Source: Eledone cirrhosa
Taxonomy: Eukaryota
Reading direction: 5' to 3'
Assembly (NCBI GenBank): GCA_964016885.1
Contig: OZ024741.1
Coordinates: 116,994,001-117,058,000 of the forward strand
DNA length: 64,000 nucleotides
Under the pieces are notes generated by a model that was not told the DNA's origin, made no database searches, and was given only the letters and a program-made list of their open reading frames with translations. The translations under genes were made by a program, and so were the position numbers. Shown here piece by piece: positions 26,210 through 39,980 of this stretch; within the stretch, counting starts at the first letter, position 1; each line of letters opens with the position of its first letter.

Positions 26210-26347
26210 TATAAATATATAAATATATATATATAATATAGATACATACATACACACACATGCACACACACACACACACACAAACGCATACACACTCATA
26301 TATATATATATATAGAGAGAGAGATACATAGATTTACATATATCTAT

Positions 26348-26442
26348 AACTTTGCCTTTCATCCTTATGGGGTCGATAAAATAAAGTACCAGTAATCTAC
26401 TGGGTATTTGCTGGCCTTGTGCCAAAAGTAGAAACAATTATT
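26348..26442 (+). mobile_element. SINE family A 3' half
   Basis: Matches ~12545-12640. Confidence 0.85.
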
Positions 26443-26577
26443 TTATTATATACATTTCTCATTTACTTGTGCGCACAAAACCGATATACGAATGTGCGTG
26501 TGTGTGTATAAATGTTCTTGCATTTATATTTGAGTTTAAGTTCGTGTGTGTATTGGAGTATGCTTATATGCTTGTAT

Positions 26578-26690
<113 letters not shown>

Positions 26691-27137
26691 TGTGTGATAG
26701 AGTATGTTTGTATAGTGTGATGCAGTATGTTTATATACTTCTGCATGCGGGCGAATGTATGTTGGTTAAATATGTATTAAATGTCCCTAGCTCAGGAGCA
26801 ACCAATCCGAAAATACGAAGCCATTAAAGTAGATTCGTAAAATGAAATTTGCATTTACAGATTCAGACAGATCAAATGACCATTTCTAATTTGTTGCAGA
26901 AATTCTAATATGTAATCCAAGCAAATCTTCACAATCATAAACATTAATATAAATCTCATAAATGGCAGAAGTATCCTAGAGTTGACACGGAAAAGTGTCG
27001 CCATATTTCTCAGTTGACACTCATTAAATATATACAAATGTACAAATATATATATATATATATACACAATATATACTTACATGCACACACAGTCATACGC
27101 TGATAACAGGCACACAGACACACATACATACACCCAT

Positions 27138-27225
<88 letters not shown>

Positions 27226-27442
27226 TGAGTATATGTTGGTTGTTTACCGACACCTCAGTATGCAGATTGGAGCACTCGACGAAGTACGCAGGCTGGTTTG
27301 CTTACTCCGGAGTAATGTAATCATATGATTCTAGTTTCTAAGAGAAATAACGACGCAACCAGGAGCTGGACATATCGGAGTATTGACGGAGTAAAACACA
27401 CTTAAACTACATGTGTACCCGTCTCTACCACATCAATTAGGA

Positions 27443-27495
27443 CTGCCTGAAGGCGTCACAGCCAATGATGGCTGTCACCGAAATATATATAGCGG
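27443..27495 (+). ncRNA. Degenerate type I hammerhead
   Basis: ctgc-CTGAAGG-cgtc-acagcca-atga-tggctgt-cacc-GAAA-TATATATA-gcgg; A9G change and unpaired stem II base. Confidence 0.45.
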
Positions 27496-27547
27496 CATAT
27501 CTATAATTTATAATAAACGAAGCCAAATTTTACCTATTTGACTTAAT

Positions 27548-27595
<48 letters not shown>

Positions 27596-27635
27596 GATAT
27601 TAAATAAATGGAAACTATATTTATAAAACCATATT

Positions 27636-27701
27636 TATTTCATTATATATATTTCAGGGATATCATATTAAAAATATGTTATGCCTTCTTCAGACAAAAT
27701 A
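27636..27701 (-). ncRNA. Type I hammerhead (inverted copy of 27760-27825)
   Basis: Left arm of the 27595-27868 hairpin. Confidence 0.7.
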
Positions 27702-27759
27702 CAATATAAACAGTCTTAAGGTATGTCGAATCTATCTATTTATAAGACTGTTTATATTG

Positions 27760-27825
27760 TATTTTGTCTGAAGAAGGCATAACATATTTTTAATATGATA
27801 TCCCTGAAATATATATAATGAAATA
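27760..27825 (+). ncRNA. Type I hammerhead ribozyme, canonical core
   Basis: tattttgt-CTGAAGA-agg...catatt..aatatg...cct-GAAA-TATATATA-atgaaata; 8-bp stem I including two G-U pairs. Confidence 0.72.
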
Positions 27826-27974
27826 AATATGGTTTTATAAATATAGTTTCCATTTATTTAATATCGTAAATATACTCCAAATACTTGTTGAGTGCTTTTA
27901 TATCAGTTATAAATATTTACTCGTTGTTAACCCAACAATTTAAATAAAACTTTGCATATATATATATATATATA

Positions 27975-28015
<41 letters not shown>

Positions 28016-28040
28016 ATATATATGTATTTAATATAGAAAA

Positions 28041-28089
28041 GGCTTCTACAGGACTAGAACTGTTTCATTTGGGAGAAATCATCAGGAAG

Positions 28090-28091
<2 letters not shown>
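28041..28091 (-). ncRNA. Type I hammerhead ribozyme, canonical core
   Basis: Minus: ggcttc-CTGATGA-tttctcccaaat-GAAA-CAG-ttctagtc-CTG-TA-gaagcc; 6-bp stem I, stem III ACAG/CTGT, GUA triplet; stem II weak. Confidence 0.75.
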
Positions 28092-28150
<59 letters not shown>

Positions 28151-28438
28151 ATTATGTCCTTAGAATCATTTGATAAGATATATACTGAATTTCCTCTCCT
28201 AATTAACATAATCAACCACAAAAAAACCCAATTAAACCAGGCTATAAGATTAAAAGCCACCTGTGAAGAAATAATAGATAAATAAACGATAGCCATTTAT
28301 TCGCGGTCAGCAGCCATAGAATATCTACCCATCAATTCAATAGCACGTGGAAATCGATTAAATATATCGTCAACCATACACAATTAGGTATAAAATTAAA
28401 GTTAGAAGAAAAAATGGATATACACATACCAGGATTAC

Positions 28439-28520
28439 GTTTCTACCCTTAGGGTTTCGTTCGCTCCTCGGAAAAATCCTATCAAGGATAAATTCTCGAG
28501 CTTCGAACTCATCAGGAAAC
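28439..28520 (-). ncRNA. Type I hammerhead ribozyme, canonical core, extended stem II
   Basis: Minus: gtttc-CTGATGA-gttcg...cgaac-GAAA-CCC-taa-GGG-TA-gaaac; all three core-proximal stems Watson-Crick; GUA triplet. Confidence 0.9.
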
Positions 28521-28588
28521 AAACTCCCTTGGACAAAGATTTTTCTTAAATGATCCCCGCCAGAAACGAATTCAAAATGGCTAAGAAC

Positions 28589-28619
<31 letters not shown>

Positions 28620-28939
28620 AGTTAATGTAAAGAATTATGTGCTCATGCGCAATGATGCTATAGAATAGCTTATAACATACAGGGAAGACCCTTAAAAGAC
28701 GGAAAAAGATGCCGTCGGTCGCTACAAATTGAACATCATATTTCCTTATCATCCTTTACATTAATTCAGATTTCCTTTCCTAGCGCTTTAAAGTCCGCTC
28801 TCTCGACTACTTACATTGTTTGTATATATATATATATATAGTAATAATAATAAATTTGAAGACTAAAATCCAAAGAGGGCTCGATAAGGATAAATATATA
28901 TCAAATATATAAGAACCGTAGAGCAAATATATGAAAAAG

Positions 28940-28990
28940 AGTTTCAGAAGATCCCGTTAAGGGTGAAAGCAGCGATTCTTTGCTTAAACT
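28940..28990 (+). ncRNA. Type I hammerhead fold, U4A variant (CAGAAGA)
   Basis: agttt-CAGAAGA-t-ccc-gttaa-ggg-t-GAAA-GCA...TGC-TT-aaact; identical copy on minus at 63812-63862. Confidence 0.6.
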
Positions 28991-29154
28991 TTAATCTGTT
29001 ATTTTAATAAATATATATATATATATATATATATATTTATTAAAATAATTTGCTCTACGGTTCTTATATATTTGATATATATTTATCCTTATCGAGCCCT
29101 CTTTGGGTTTTAGTCTTCAAATTTATTATTATTACTATATATATATATATATAT

Positions 29155-30242
<1,088 letters not shown>

Positions 30243-30554
30243 TTATGACATAGTAGCTTTACAAATGTTTTGATACATCATATTCAATTAATGCTTATGC
30301 TATTTTAATTTAGTTAAAGAGGAAAAATATTGAGTATAACAAAGTTGTACCTTCGGATTAACTCCATATATATTTGTTATATATATATATATATATATTA
30401 ATATGTGTAGAAGTAAACACAGTAAATTCTGCGTCTAAAATTACGAGGGTAGATTTCACCACAAATGTTATATATATTTAAACTGAAGCATAAAGTATGG
30501 TACAAGATTTCCTATACATACCGTATCAATAACGATATTGATATTGAGCCCTAT

Positions 30555-30775
30555 CTCGGCTGACGTGGTCTTGTCATGTATTTGGTCGTAACTGTATGAC
30601 AAGAGTGCCAGGTCATCAGCAAAAGCGAGGTCATCCAGTTGTGTCCAGGGTATTCACTGTATACCATTGTTACGGTCTGTTGTAGCGGTCTTCATTATCC
30701 AGTCAATTACCAGGAGGAAGAGGAACGGTGACGGCAAGCACCCCTGTCGAACTACGTCTTCACCTTGAAACTCTC
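30555..30775 (-). pseudogene. Non-LTR RT fragment (RTE-like)
   Basis: Minus translation RQGCLPSPFLFLLVIDWIMK...LDDLAFADDLALLS; not in the ORF track. Confidence 0.8.
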
Positions 30776-30786
30776 TGTATAAATAC

Positions 30787-30830
<44 letters not shown>

Positions 30831-31483
30831 GAGAAGAAAGAAAGAATACTGCGTGGTTGCACATGGGTTACATATGATAAAAATAGTCCTTCGTCAGTGA
30901 TTTTCCAACCTTCATTGGTATTTCATCGCATTAAAAATCATATACCTCCGGTTGGTGCGACCAATAGCTAAATAAAGCTATTGGGACAAGTAAATCGCGT
31001 AAAGCGAGTGAGACAAGTAAACAACATAGAAGGATGAAAGCAACGCAAAGATAGGAAAAAACAAGCAACATGGTTATCCGGTCAGCATAAGCTGGGTGGA
31101 TTTCATGAGCGAGAGAGATATACAGACCATCCGACGTGGGTGAGATGTGAGCAGGAAGAGAACCCACTACAAGCCAAACGGGAGGAAGTGAGAAGGGGAG
31201 AAACAAAGATGAGTGAGTGGAAGTGCGAGGAAGAGGTTAGTCGAGAGAAAGTATAACTGACAGAGGGGGCGAAAGAAGGTGAGAGAAACAGAGAGAGCGG
31301 GGAAGCAGTAAGAGAGAAACAGACAAACGCAGCCGAGGTAAATATATATAAAAAACACGAGAAGAAAGAATACTGCGTGGTTGCACATGGGTTACATATG
31401 ATAAAAATAGTCCTTCGTCAGTGATTTTCCAACCTTCATTGGTATTTCATCGCATTAAAAATCATATACCTCCGGTTGGTGCG
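30831..31483. repeat. ~130-bp direct repeats around a ~400-bp purine-rich core, between (TA)n tracts
   Basis: ~30831-30960 nearly identical to ~31359-31483. Confidence 0.85.
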
Positions 31484-31708
31484 AGCAATATATATATATA
31501 TATAACTAAAAACACACGTGTTTTCTCTTCAAAAATATTTTCCTCTTTTCACTCTCAGTTATCTTTCTATTTCTTCTGATATTTCTCATTCCATTTTCTG
31601 ATAAAGTACAAATGTCCGAAACGTGAAGACTCTTTCCCATTTATATCAAGATTTAAACAAATATATCTTCATTGTAGTGTATAGTGTTGTGTATCGTTTA
31701 TCTTTTTA

Positions 31709-31750
<42 letters not shown>

Positions 31751-31877
31751 AAAGTTCTATTTAAATTGTTGGGATACAACAAGTAAATATTTTTATAACT
31801 GATATAAAGCACTCGACAAGTATTTGGAGTAGATATACGATATTAATAAATGGAAACTATATTTATAAAACCATATT

Positions 31878-31942
31878 TATTTCATTATACATATTTCAGG
31901 GATACCAAATTAAATTATGGTATGCCTTCATCAGACAAAATA
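31878..31942 (-). ncRNA. Type I hammerhead ribozyme (27760/57571 family)
   Basis: Minus: tattttgt-CTGATGA-aggcatacca...tggtatccct-GAAA-TATGTATA-atgaaata. Confidence 0.72.
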
Positions 31943-33336
31943 CAATATATAACAGTTTTACAAATAAGCTTTGACGTACTCTTTTAAAATGCGACCATTA
32001 TTTTTGGAGGCCATCTGGATAGTGAATTGTTTATATTATTTTAATAAGTCTTAGTGTTAAGGACAATTAGAAAAAGACGGAGAGAAAGAAAAAAGACGGA
32101 GAGAGAAAAAAAAAGAAAAAGAAAAAAACGTGGAGAAATATCAGAGAGAGAGAAATGCGTGGAGAAAAAAGGAAGAGATAAATAAAGACAGGAGGAAAGA
32201 AAGAAAAAAGAAAAAAGGAAGAAATAAGAAAAACAGAGGAAAGCAACAGAGAGATATCAAATCATCAGACAGATAGAGAGCCTCAAGAGAGAGAAATAAT
32301 ATATAGAGAGAGGGGGAGATAATGAAAACTTTACGTCATGTCATATTAAGTTGAGTTAACAATTTATATGAAATGAATAATAAAAATATAAATATTAATA
32401 TTCATGAATGGGACATAAATATATAATATGAGAAATTAAACATTGTTTAATAATGATTATATGTTTAGTTTAAAAATTGAGATCAATATACTAAAATTTG
32501 AATTTAAGCATCCAAAATGTACACAATGCTAGAGAAACCACTATCTTACGGAAAAGATACACAAATGTATATATATATATATATACGCACATCCTGAAAA
32601 TAGAAATTATATCTACTCAAGCCTACAATATAGACATACAAAACACAAATGATTTCTCTTAATCACTGCTATACATTCCTTGTGTTATAAAAAGTTCACA
32701 GTATATATACATAAATATATACGATTAACATTCATGCCTTCATATATACGATTACCATTCATGCATTTAACATTCTGTTAAAATTATGCATATCTGCAAT
32801 CAAAACTGCGTGGGTAGGCATGCACACACATAACTCTCACCCACACACACATACATATACATATATATATATATACATACACATATGTATAAATAAATAT
32901 TTGCGTGCGTCTTCACCAATTGTTAGACCCGCATCACTCATGTACACATACAGACAGATATACAATCATAAAAAAAACATATAACACTTTTATATGCATG
33001 TTAATACACACACATACATATTTGTATAGAGATAATCAAATATCAATATATTACTAAAGGATTATACTTTGGAAATATAATTATAACAATATAAATTTAA
33101 AATACCAAAGGATTATATTTTGGAAATACAATTATATCAGTATAGTCTAAAGGACAAACGAATTCTAGAAATATCAAAACATTAAATATCTTTAAAACAC
33201 TATAGAGTATCTTAAGTTAAAATAATATGTTTCATATATTTAGTATAGAAATTTATCCTACGTATATTTCAATCAAGATATTAAAAGGGTAGACTTATGA
33301 AAATTATGAGAAGCTTTCAGAATCAAAACAAACCTA

Positions 33337-33447
33337 ATAAAAATAAATAAAAATAAAAATAAAAATAAAAATAAAAATAAAAATAAAAATAAAAATAAAA
33401 ATAAAAATAAAAATAAAAATAAAAATAAAAAAAATAATTAAAAAATA

Positions 33448-33478
<31 letters not shown>

Positions 33479-33534
33479 TAAAAATAAAAATAAAAATAAA
33501 AATAAAAATAAAAATAAAAATAAAAATAAAAATA

Positions 33535-33535
<1 letters not shown>
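33337..33535. repeat. (TAAAAA)n simple repeat
   Basis: Direct reading. Confidence 0.95.
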
Positions 33536-33575
<40 letters not shown>

Positions 33576-33586
33576 TGTGTGTGTGA

Positions 33587-33618
<32 letters not shown>

Positions 33619-34713
33619 ACGTTTTGACTATGTTTTGATCTACGTTTTTGTTTGTGTGGAGTATGATAACATAACAGTACGTCTATTTATAATTCCGTTG
33701 TGCCAATGGGATTATGAGAAAACACTTGTTAAGTGCCTTGAAAAAAAAGCTGGGCAATGTTGGTTTTACGTCCAGTTGAATGTTGTGGGTTTTATCATAC
33801 GATAAAATGTCAGCGGGTTTTGCTACGTCATTGTGTTGTCATTATGTGTTATGTAGCTAGTGGCGGCGAGAGGGGTCTTTATGGTGTGGATATATCCTGA
33901 AGACATCGGAGGGTCCGTTTGATTTTGCATGGCGACTAGTGATGGTGGGGTTAGTGTAGCTACAATTTGCTTTGTTAGTGCTACTCGCACTGCGTCTAGG
34001 AGCGCATTTCTTACTGATTGCCTTATGATTTACCCTACAATAATATGTTGGTGTTTAGATGTGTCGTTGAGGCGTTCTATGCTTTGGGCCCAGGCCCCTT
34101 GTGTTATATGTTGTCTATAGCCGGATCCGATCCCATAGTTTTCTTGCTTTCTAGGGTATTGTCATGTTCTTATTGTTAGTTCTCCTATTGTTAGAGGGGC
34201 AGCTTACATCATGGTCATTATACCCTAACCTATCCAGCCCCTGCTTGTCAAGAGGTTCATATTGTCGTTGCGTGGATTGTTTCTACCCACACACACACAC
34301 ACACGCACACACACACATATATATATGTGTGTGAGTGTGTGTGTAAATGTGTGTGCATATGTAAGTGTGTTTGTGTGTCTATCTATGTATGCATATTTAC
34401 TAATTTATCTATGTTCAGGCAGGAACAACAACAACAAAACAGGAATCCCGGTGATTGTCTGAAGAAATATAAGTAAAGTCATCGTAATTTAGTGAATATA
34501 TGTTTGATAATCATTAAAGAAAACTAGGAAGAAAATTATTGTAGTTGCTTTGAATGTATGTAAAAAGAAATACGGCAATTGCTGGAGTGATAAGAGGGAA
34601 AATGTCAAGGCTAATGAAGGATTCAATCCTTTTTACACAGAATATTGTAATCAAGGAATTATTAAATTGATATTTTTTTTACTATAAACCCGATCATTTT
34701 GATGCGTACTATG

Positions 34714-34798
<85 letters not shown>

Positions 34799-34938
34799 TA
34801 TATAGTGGTGGTAGAACACTGGAAGGTAATATCCGTAGTGGTAGAGCACTCAGTCCATTGGGACTGGGTGAAGTGACCGTTTCTGCGCATGCGCGTTCGT
34901 ACGGTTATCCTTCCCGTTCCGTATAACCATGTCCATTA

Positions 34939-34976
34939 CGAGCTGAGGATCCGCTAAGGTGAAACAATTGTTCTCG
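34939..34976 (+). ncRNA. Minimal type I hammerhead
   Basis: cgag-CTGAGGA-t-cc-gctaa-gg-t-GAAA-CAATTG-TT-ctcg; palindromic stem III; in a ~200-bp module between (TA)n tracts. Confidence 0.65.
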
Positions 34977-35005
34977 GTATAGTGAACTAACTGTTGTGTA
35001 ACCAC

Positions 35006-35075
<70 letters not shown>

Positions 35076-35349
35076 TATTGATTAGGCGAAACCTGTTGAT
35101 GAAGCCACATGTGCCGATTGTGGATTGTTGCATAATAAATGGAGACAGTAGATTGCAGCATTAAGTGTGGCTGAAACTGGAGTATGGGTATTTATTGATG
35201 GTACCCATTTACGAGTGTTGTGTCTAATCTGGGTGTCAAATCTGGGAGTTTACTTAATATTACCTATTGAGTACGCTGAGATGCAACCGGTACTAGCAGT
35301 GAAACCCATGCTAGTCCCGACAACTTATTATATATATATGTATATATAG

Positions 35350-35417
<68 letters not shown>

Positions 35418-35464
35418 ATATATATATGTATCTATATATATGTATATATATATGTATCTATCTA

Positions 35465-35532
<68 letters not shown>

Positions 35533-35720
35533 AAAATATGTTTATATAATACACAGCATAGATAAGCACATTTATGCATATACATTTGAGCCTGCGTATG
35601 TTTGTTTTTGTTTAAATGCCTAATACACCTTAAGAATTATTCACACCCCCACCCACGTTAGTGCACACATATAAATAGATAGATAAACAGACAGATAGAT
35701 AGATACGTAGATAGATGGAT

Positions 35721-35839
<119 letters not shown>

Positions 35840-35862
35840 TTTCTTTATTTGCGATAGATAGA

Positions 35863-36331
35863 TTTCTTTATTAGCCACAAGGGCGCAACAAGAAAGGGGA
35901 CAATACAAAGACATGCCGGGGATTTTACATACAGTCGTGTAAAAAATATAAAAACAAACAATTTCAACAATCGAAATCCCCAATAGGGGGGAGGCGCCAC
36001 AAATGGGTTGTTTAATACCCCGTCGATAGAACAACCCTCAACTCAAGGAGCGTGTTGTGCAAGTGCTCCTTTCTTCCTTTTGCTCTCTTCCTCAACCTAC
36101 AGGCTTATAAACAGAGAAGGCCCAATCACTCGGGCCATTTTCGCTTCATTCACCAACCTTTCAGTAAATTTACTGGGGTGCAGTGCCTCTCTCTCCACCC
36201 TGATTCTCCTTCTAAAGTGATACTTAAAGAATGGAATCAATTGTTGTCCGGAGAGAAAGGCATCTGTCCTCAGTCCTCTCAACCTCGTCCACCATATAAC
36301 TTCTTTCACCATAGCCACCGTACAGAGGAAA
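35863..36331 (-). mobile_element. 5'-truncated Tx1 (copy-2 subfamily): ORF2 C-terminus + 3' UTR
   Basis: Highly similar to ~24378-24848; (GATA/GACA)n on both sides. Confidence 0.92.
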
Positions 36332-37269
36332 GACAGACAGATAGATAGCTAGAGGGCTAAATAAATAGATAGATAGATAAATAGATAGATAGACACGCAT
36401 ATGTTTATGCATGAATATGTGGGTATAGGTGTGTAGAGAGATACGATTCTGATTAATAATAACTATGATAATAGCAGTAAAATCCAACACCGACATTATA
36501 TTTCCATTATAAATATGCATGTGACAGCGTCTCGCTTTGACACTAAAAATCACAAATCCTTAAAACTGAAACCTTAAAGCCACCGAGTGCTCGGCGTAGC
36601 CCCAGGGTGTCAGGGTGTCTTGTTGCATTAATATGCATATTATAGCAGATGCAAATTCTTGTTACTGTAGTAAAAAAAAAAAAAAATAGAAAATCAAAAA
36701 TAAGAATATCATTTGCTTGAATATCATTTATATATATGTGTGTGAGTGTGTGTGTTAATGTGTGTGTATGTGTGAGTGTGTTTGTGTGTCTATCTATGTA
36801 TGCATATTCAATAAGAATATCATTTGCTTGAATGACGAAAGTCTAGTACGCCCCTATCACCCGCTCGCCATCCACCCATGATAATACACACAATATGATA
36901 TATGCTGGTAGTTTTTGAAGCCTTTTATATAAGTTGTGGTAACAGGAATGCAAGAAATATTTTTGTATTCATCAAGTGGTGGATTGTGGTACCCTAACCT
37001 TACTCGAACAGTTTATATCTTCTTCTTTGCTCACTTATCCTGGGAGAGTCGTGGGGAACAGACCTCAGGTGTTCCTTTCAGCGGGTCTTGTCGGAAGCAA
37101 CCGTCTCCAATTCATCCGGTTGGATCCCCAAGCGAGACCACGTGAGCAAGAGAGTTGAATAACAATTGATATATTTATCTAATTTTATTTACTTATTTAA
37201 TTATATATCGAAAACCATACTGCTAGTGTAGACTCACAATAACGTTACCCAATGATTGAAAATTATTAT

Positions 37270-37625
37270 ATAATCCTTGACAGGGACACAGCAAGGCTAA
37301 ATGATTTATAAGTTCGCAACACAATCATTAGGTTTCGGGTTCAATCCCACTGAATGGTATCTTGGGCAAGTATTTTTTAACCGCAGCTTCAGATTGACTC
37401 CTGCATTGTAAGTGAAACTGGGTAGAACGAAGTTGTAAGCCCATCGAATATACTGTGCCTGTAATTCAAAGGGCCAACCTTGCTACACACTCTATTACTC
37501 TGAATCCTCTAGAGAATACATTAAGAGTACACGTGTTTGTTTAATACTTGGCCACTTACACGCTAATTTCAAGAGCAAGCTGTTCCATTGATCGAAAAAC
37601 TGGAACACTGATTGTCGAAATCGGC
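37270..37625 (+). mobile_element. Old tRNA-headed SINE family B
   Basis: B-box-like ggttcaatccc followed by cttgggcaagt; 3' part similar to 5890-6050 and 53245-53390. Confidence 0.55.
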
Positions 37626-37892
37626 GAAGGTTCATTCCATTCCATCTTCCTAGCCTTTTACTCAGGTATCAATTTTACTCTATTATTTTGATTTGTGACA
37701 ATCAACACACCACATAAGGGCCATCTGGCATTCTTTATTGTTTCCTGCTATATTATATCTAGTTCACGAATATTCAGTAGATATCTGTATAATTTTAGGA
37801 AGGTAGGGTGAAGTTTGAGGAGAAATTTAGTCATAATTTCTCGCAGGTGAAATAAAAATGTAATAATTCCTATTATTAGCTCGTATATGAAG

Positions 37893-38033
37893 AGGTAGGC
37901 TGGTGGCTCACAAAGTTAGTGCTGGGGGCTTACAAAGTGTTGGCGGTTCACAAAAGTAGTGCTGGGTGTTCACAAAGGTGGTGCTAGCGGTTCACAAAGG
38001 TAGAGCTGGGGGCCCACAAAGGTAGAGCTGGGG
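37893..38033. repeat. ~22-bp minisatellite (ggtagtgctgggggctcacaaa-like), about 7 units
   Basis: Direct reading. Confidence 0.85.
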
Positions 38034-39675
38034 ACCTGTGAGCTAAATTCAAATTGTCGGAGGCTGCAGTGTAAAGTAAGCTTCTTTCTTAATAGTATCA
38101 TTTATTTCATTATATATTCAATTACAAATATCTTTCTATTGAGATAAAGTAGTGAAAACAGTTTGTTGACAGTTAATAAAATTGGCTTGTTGACTAGACA
38201 GACCCTTCAAAATCCTATGGTCTATGGGAAAATTCATTTAAATAAACGAAATCTAAATTTTAGATAGTGCAAAGGTCTGAAACCACTGAAATACATGGAT
38301 ATGTGGTTGTTTTTGTTATTGCTCTTGCTGTTGTGTAACCTCAGGTTATTCTGACCGAGTAGACCATTGATATTCATGACCTGCAGATCAGTTGTTCCAA
38401 TGATGCCATGTGTCCACCTAGCTGTGGGTCTTAGTACACACTGTTATTGATATGAAAGCCAGGCAAACAGGAATTGTTAGACTCTCAGCTGTCTCTATGC
38501 CTGCTGTCTTCTATCCCTAGATCAACCCTGATTCAGCAGAGCTACGATTAAAAGCATCATAGCAATGATTTTCCATGTTAATTTTAGACAGGGGTAGGGA
38601 GGGGGCAATGCAATCAAGGCCGACACAACGGGCAAAGGTGGAAAAGTGGAGCAATATGGGGAAAAGGTAGGAAAGGTGGGGAAAAGCGGGACAAGGCGGG
38701 AAAGACGAGCATGGCAGGGAAGGTGGTGATGGTAGGAAATGCGGGAAAGTATGAGAAGGCGAGAAAGGATGGCAAGGCAAGCTTGGCCAAATCGCAACAG
38801 GCTGCTGTCTGTCTGTACTTATTGTATAAAGTATAAATCACATGACAATAAGACAATATTTGAAGCTAATAAGGCTGTTGCTGCTGCAGCTATCTATGTG
38901 ATTTATATTTGTTTGAGCTGACTTGAAGACAGGGAAATTTATTTGTCTTGTAATATCACGGATTGATTGTCTTGAATCTTATTTTGGCAAGAAACTGCGC
39001 TCGGTACATATCTAAGTAGTCCTTTTAAATATTTTTGTTTCATTTAAAAAAAAAAGAATATAGGTATAGTTTGTGTGCAAGCCATGCTGACGTGTAGTGT
39101 TCTGTGTGGTTTACTGTGTCTTGTTGAGGAGTAACTGGCATATTTCCATGTGAATCTAATATGTTATTTGTACGGCTTTATAGCCGTATATCTGATTGAT
39201 CTGGGTATATTTATATACAATTGCTTTTTTTTCTTTCCCGTGGCCAAAGATAGTTCCTGTGATTGCTTTAAGCATATTTTTACCTCATTGTTGTTGGTTC
39301 CCTCTGTATGTATTCTAAGTGTGTTGTGTTTAGTTTTGCTTCCTTTATTATGCTTTCTGTTTGTGCCGTATATGTTATGCAGGTGTTGGATATAGTGCCC
39401 AGGTGTTGGATATAGTGCCCAGTCAAACAGTTTGACAAGCGCACCTCAGCGTGAAAGGTCTTTCTAAAAACGAAACAATACCTCCTACGTTAACCAAGAA
39501 CTCCTAAGACCTAACCAACAACCAACAACTTAATTTATAAAATAATTTTTTCTAAGAAAAATTCTTTTTTGATTTTGTGAAGAAAATAAATTTGTTGAAA
39601 GCACAAGTGAAGCCATTTTTTCTTCCCCCCTGTCTTAATATACCTAACTGTACCAAGGATTACACACATTTTCCA

Positions 39676-39816
<141 letters not shown>

Positions 39817-39911
39817 CATATATATATATATGTACACACACACACAAACACACACATATATATATTAAAAATAAAATTAGAATTTTATTTCTCGCCCTCA
39901 GTGCTCATGAT

Positions 39912-39980
<69 letters not shown>

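Noticed and set aside
33780-34270. Non-repetitive stretch that might be decayed coding sequence (also ~900-1160)
   Set aside because: No sustained ORF or motif I can recognise.
39428-39470. TTGACAA-gcgc..gcgt-GAAA hammerhead-like string
   Set aside because: No stem I and a poor stem III; could be chance.
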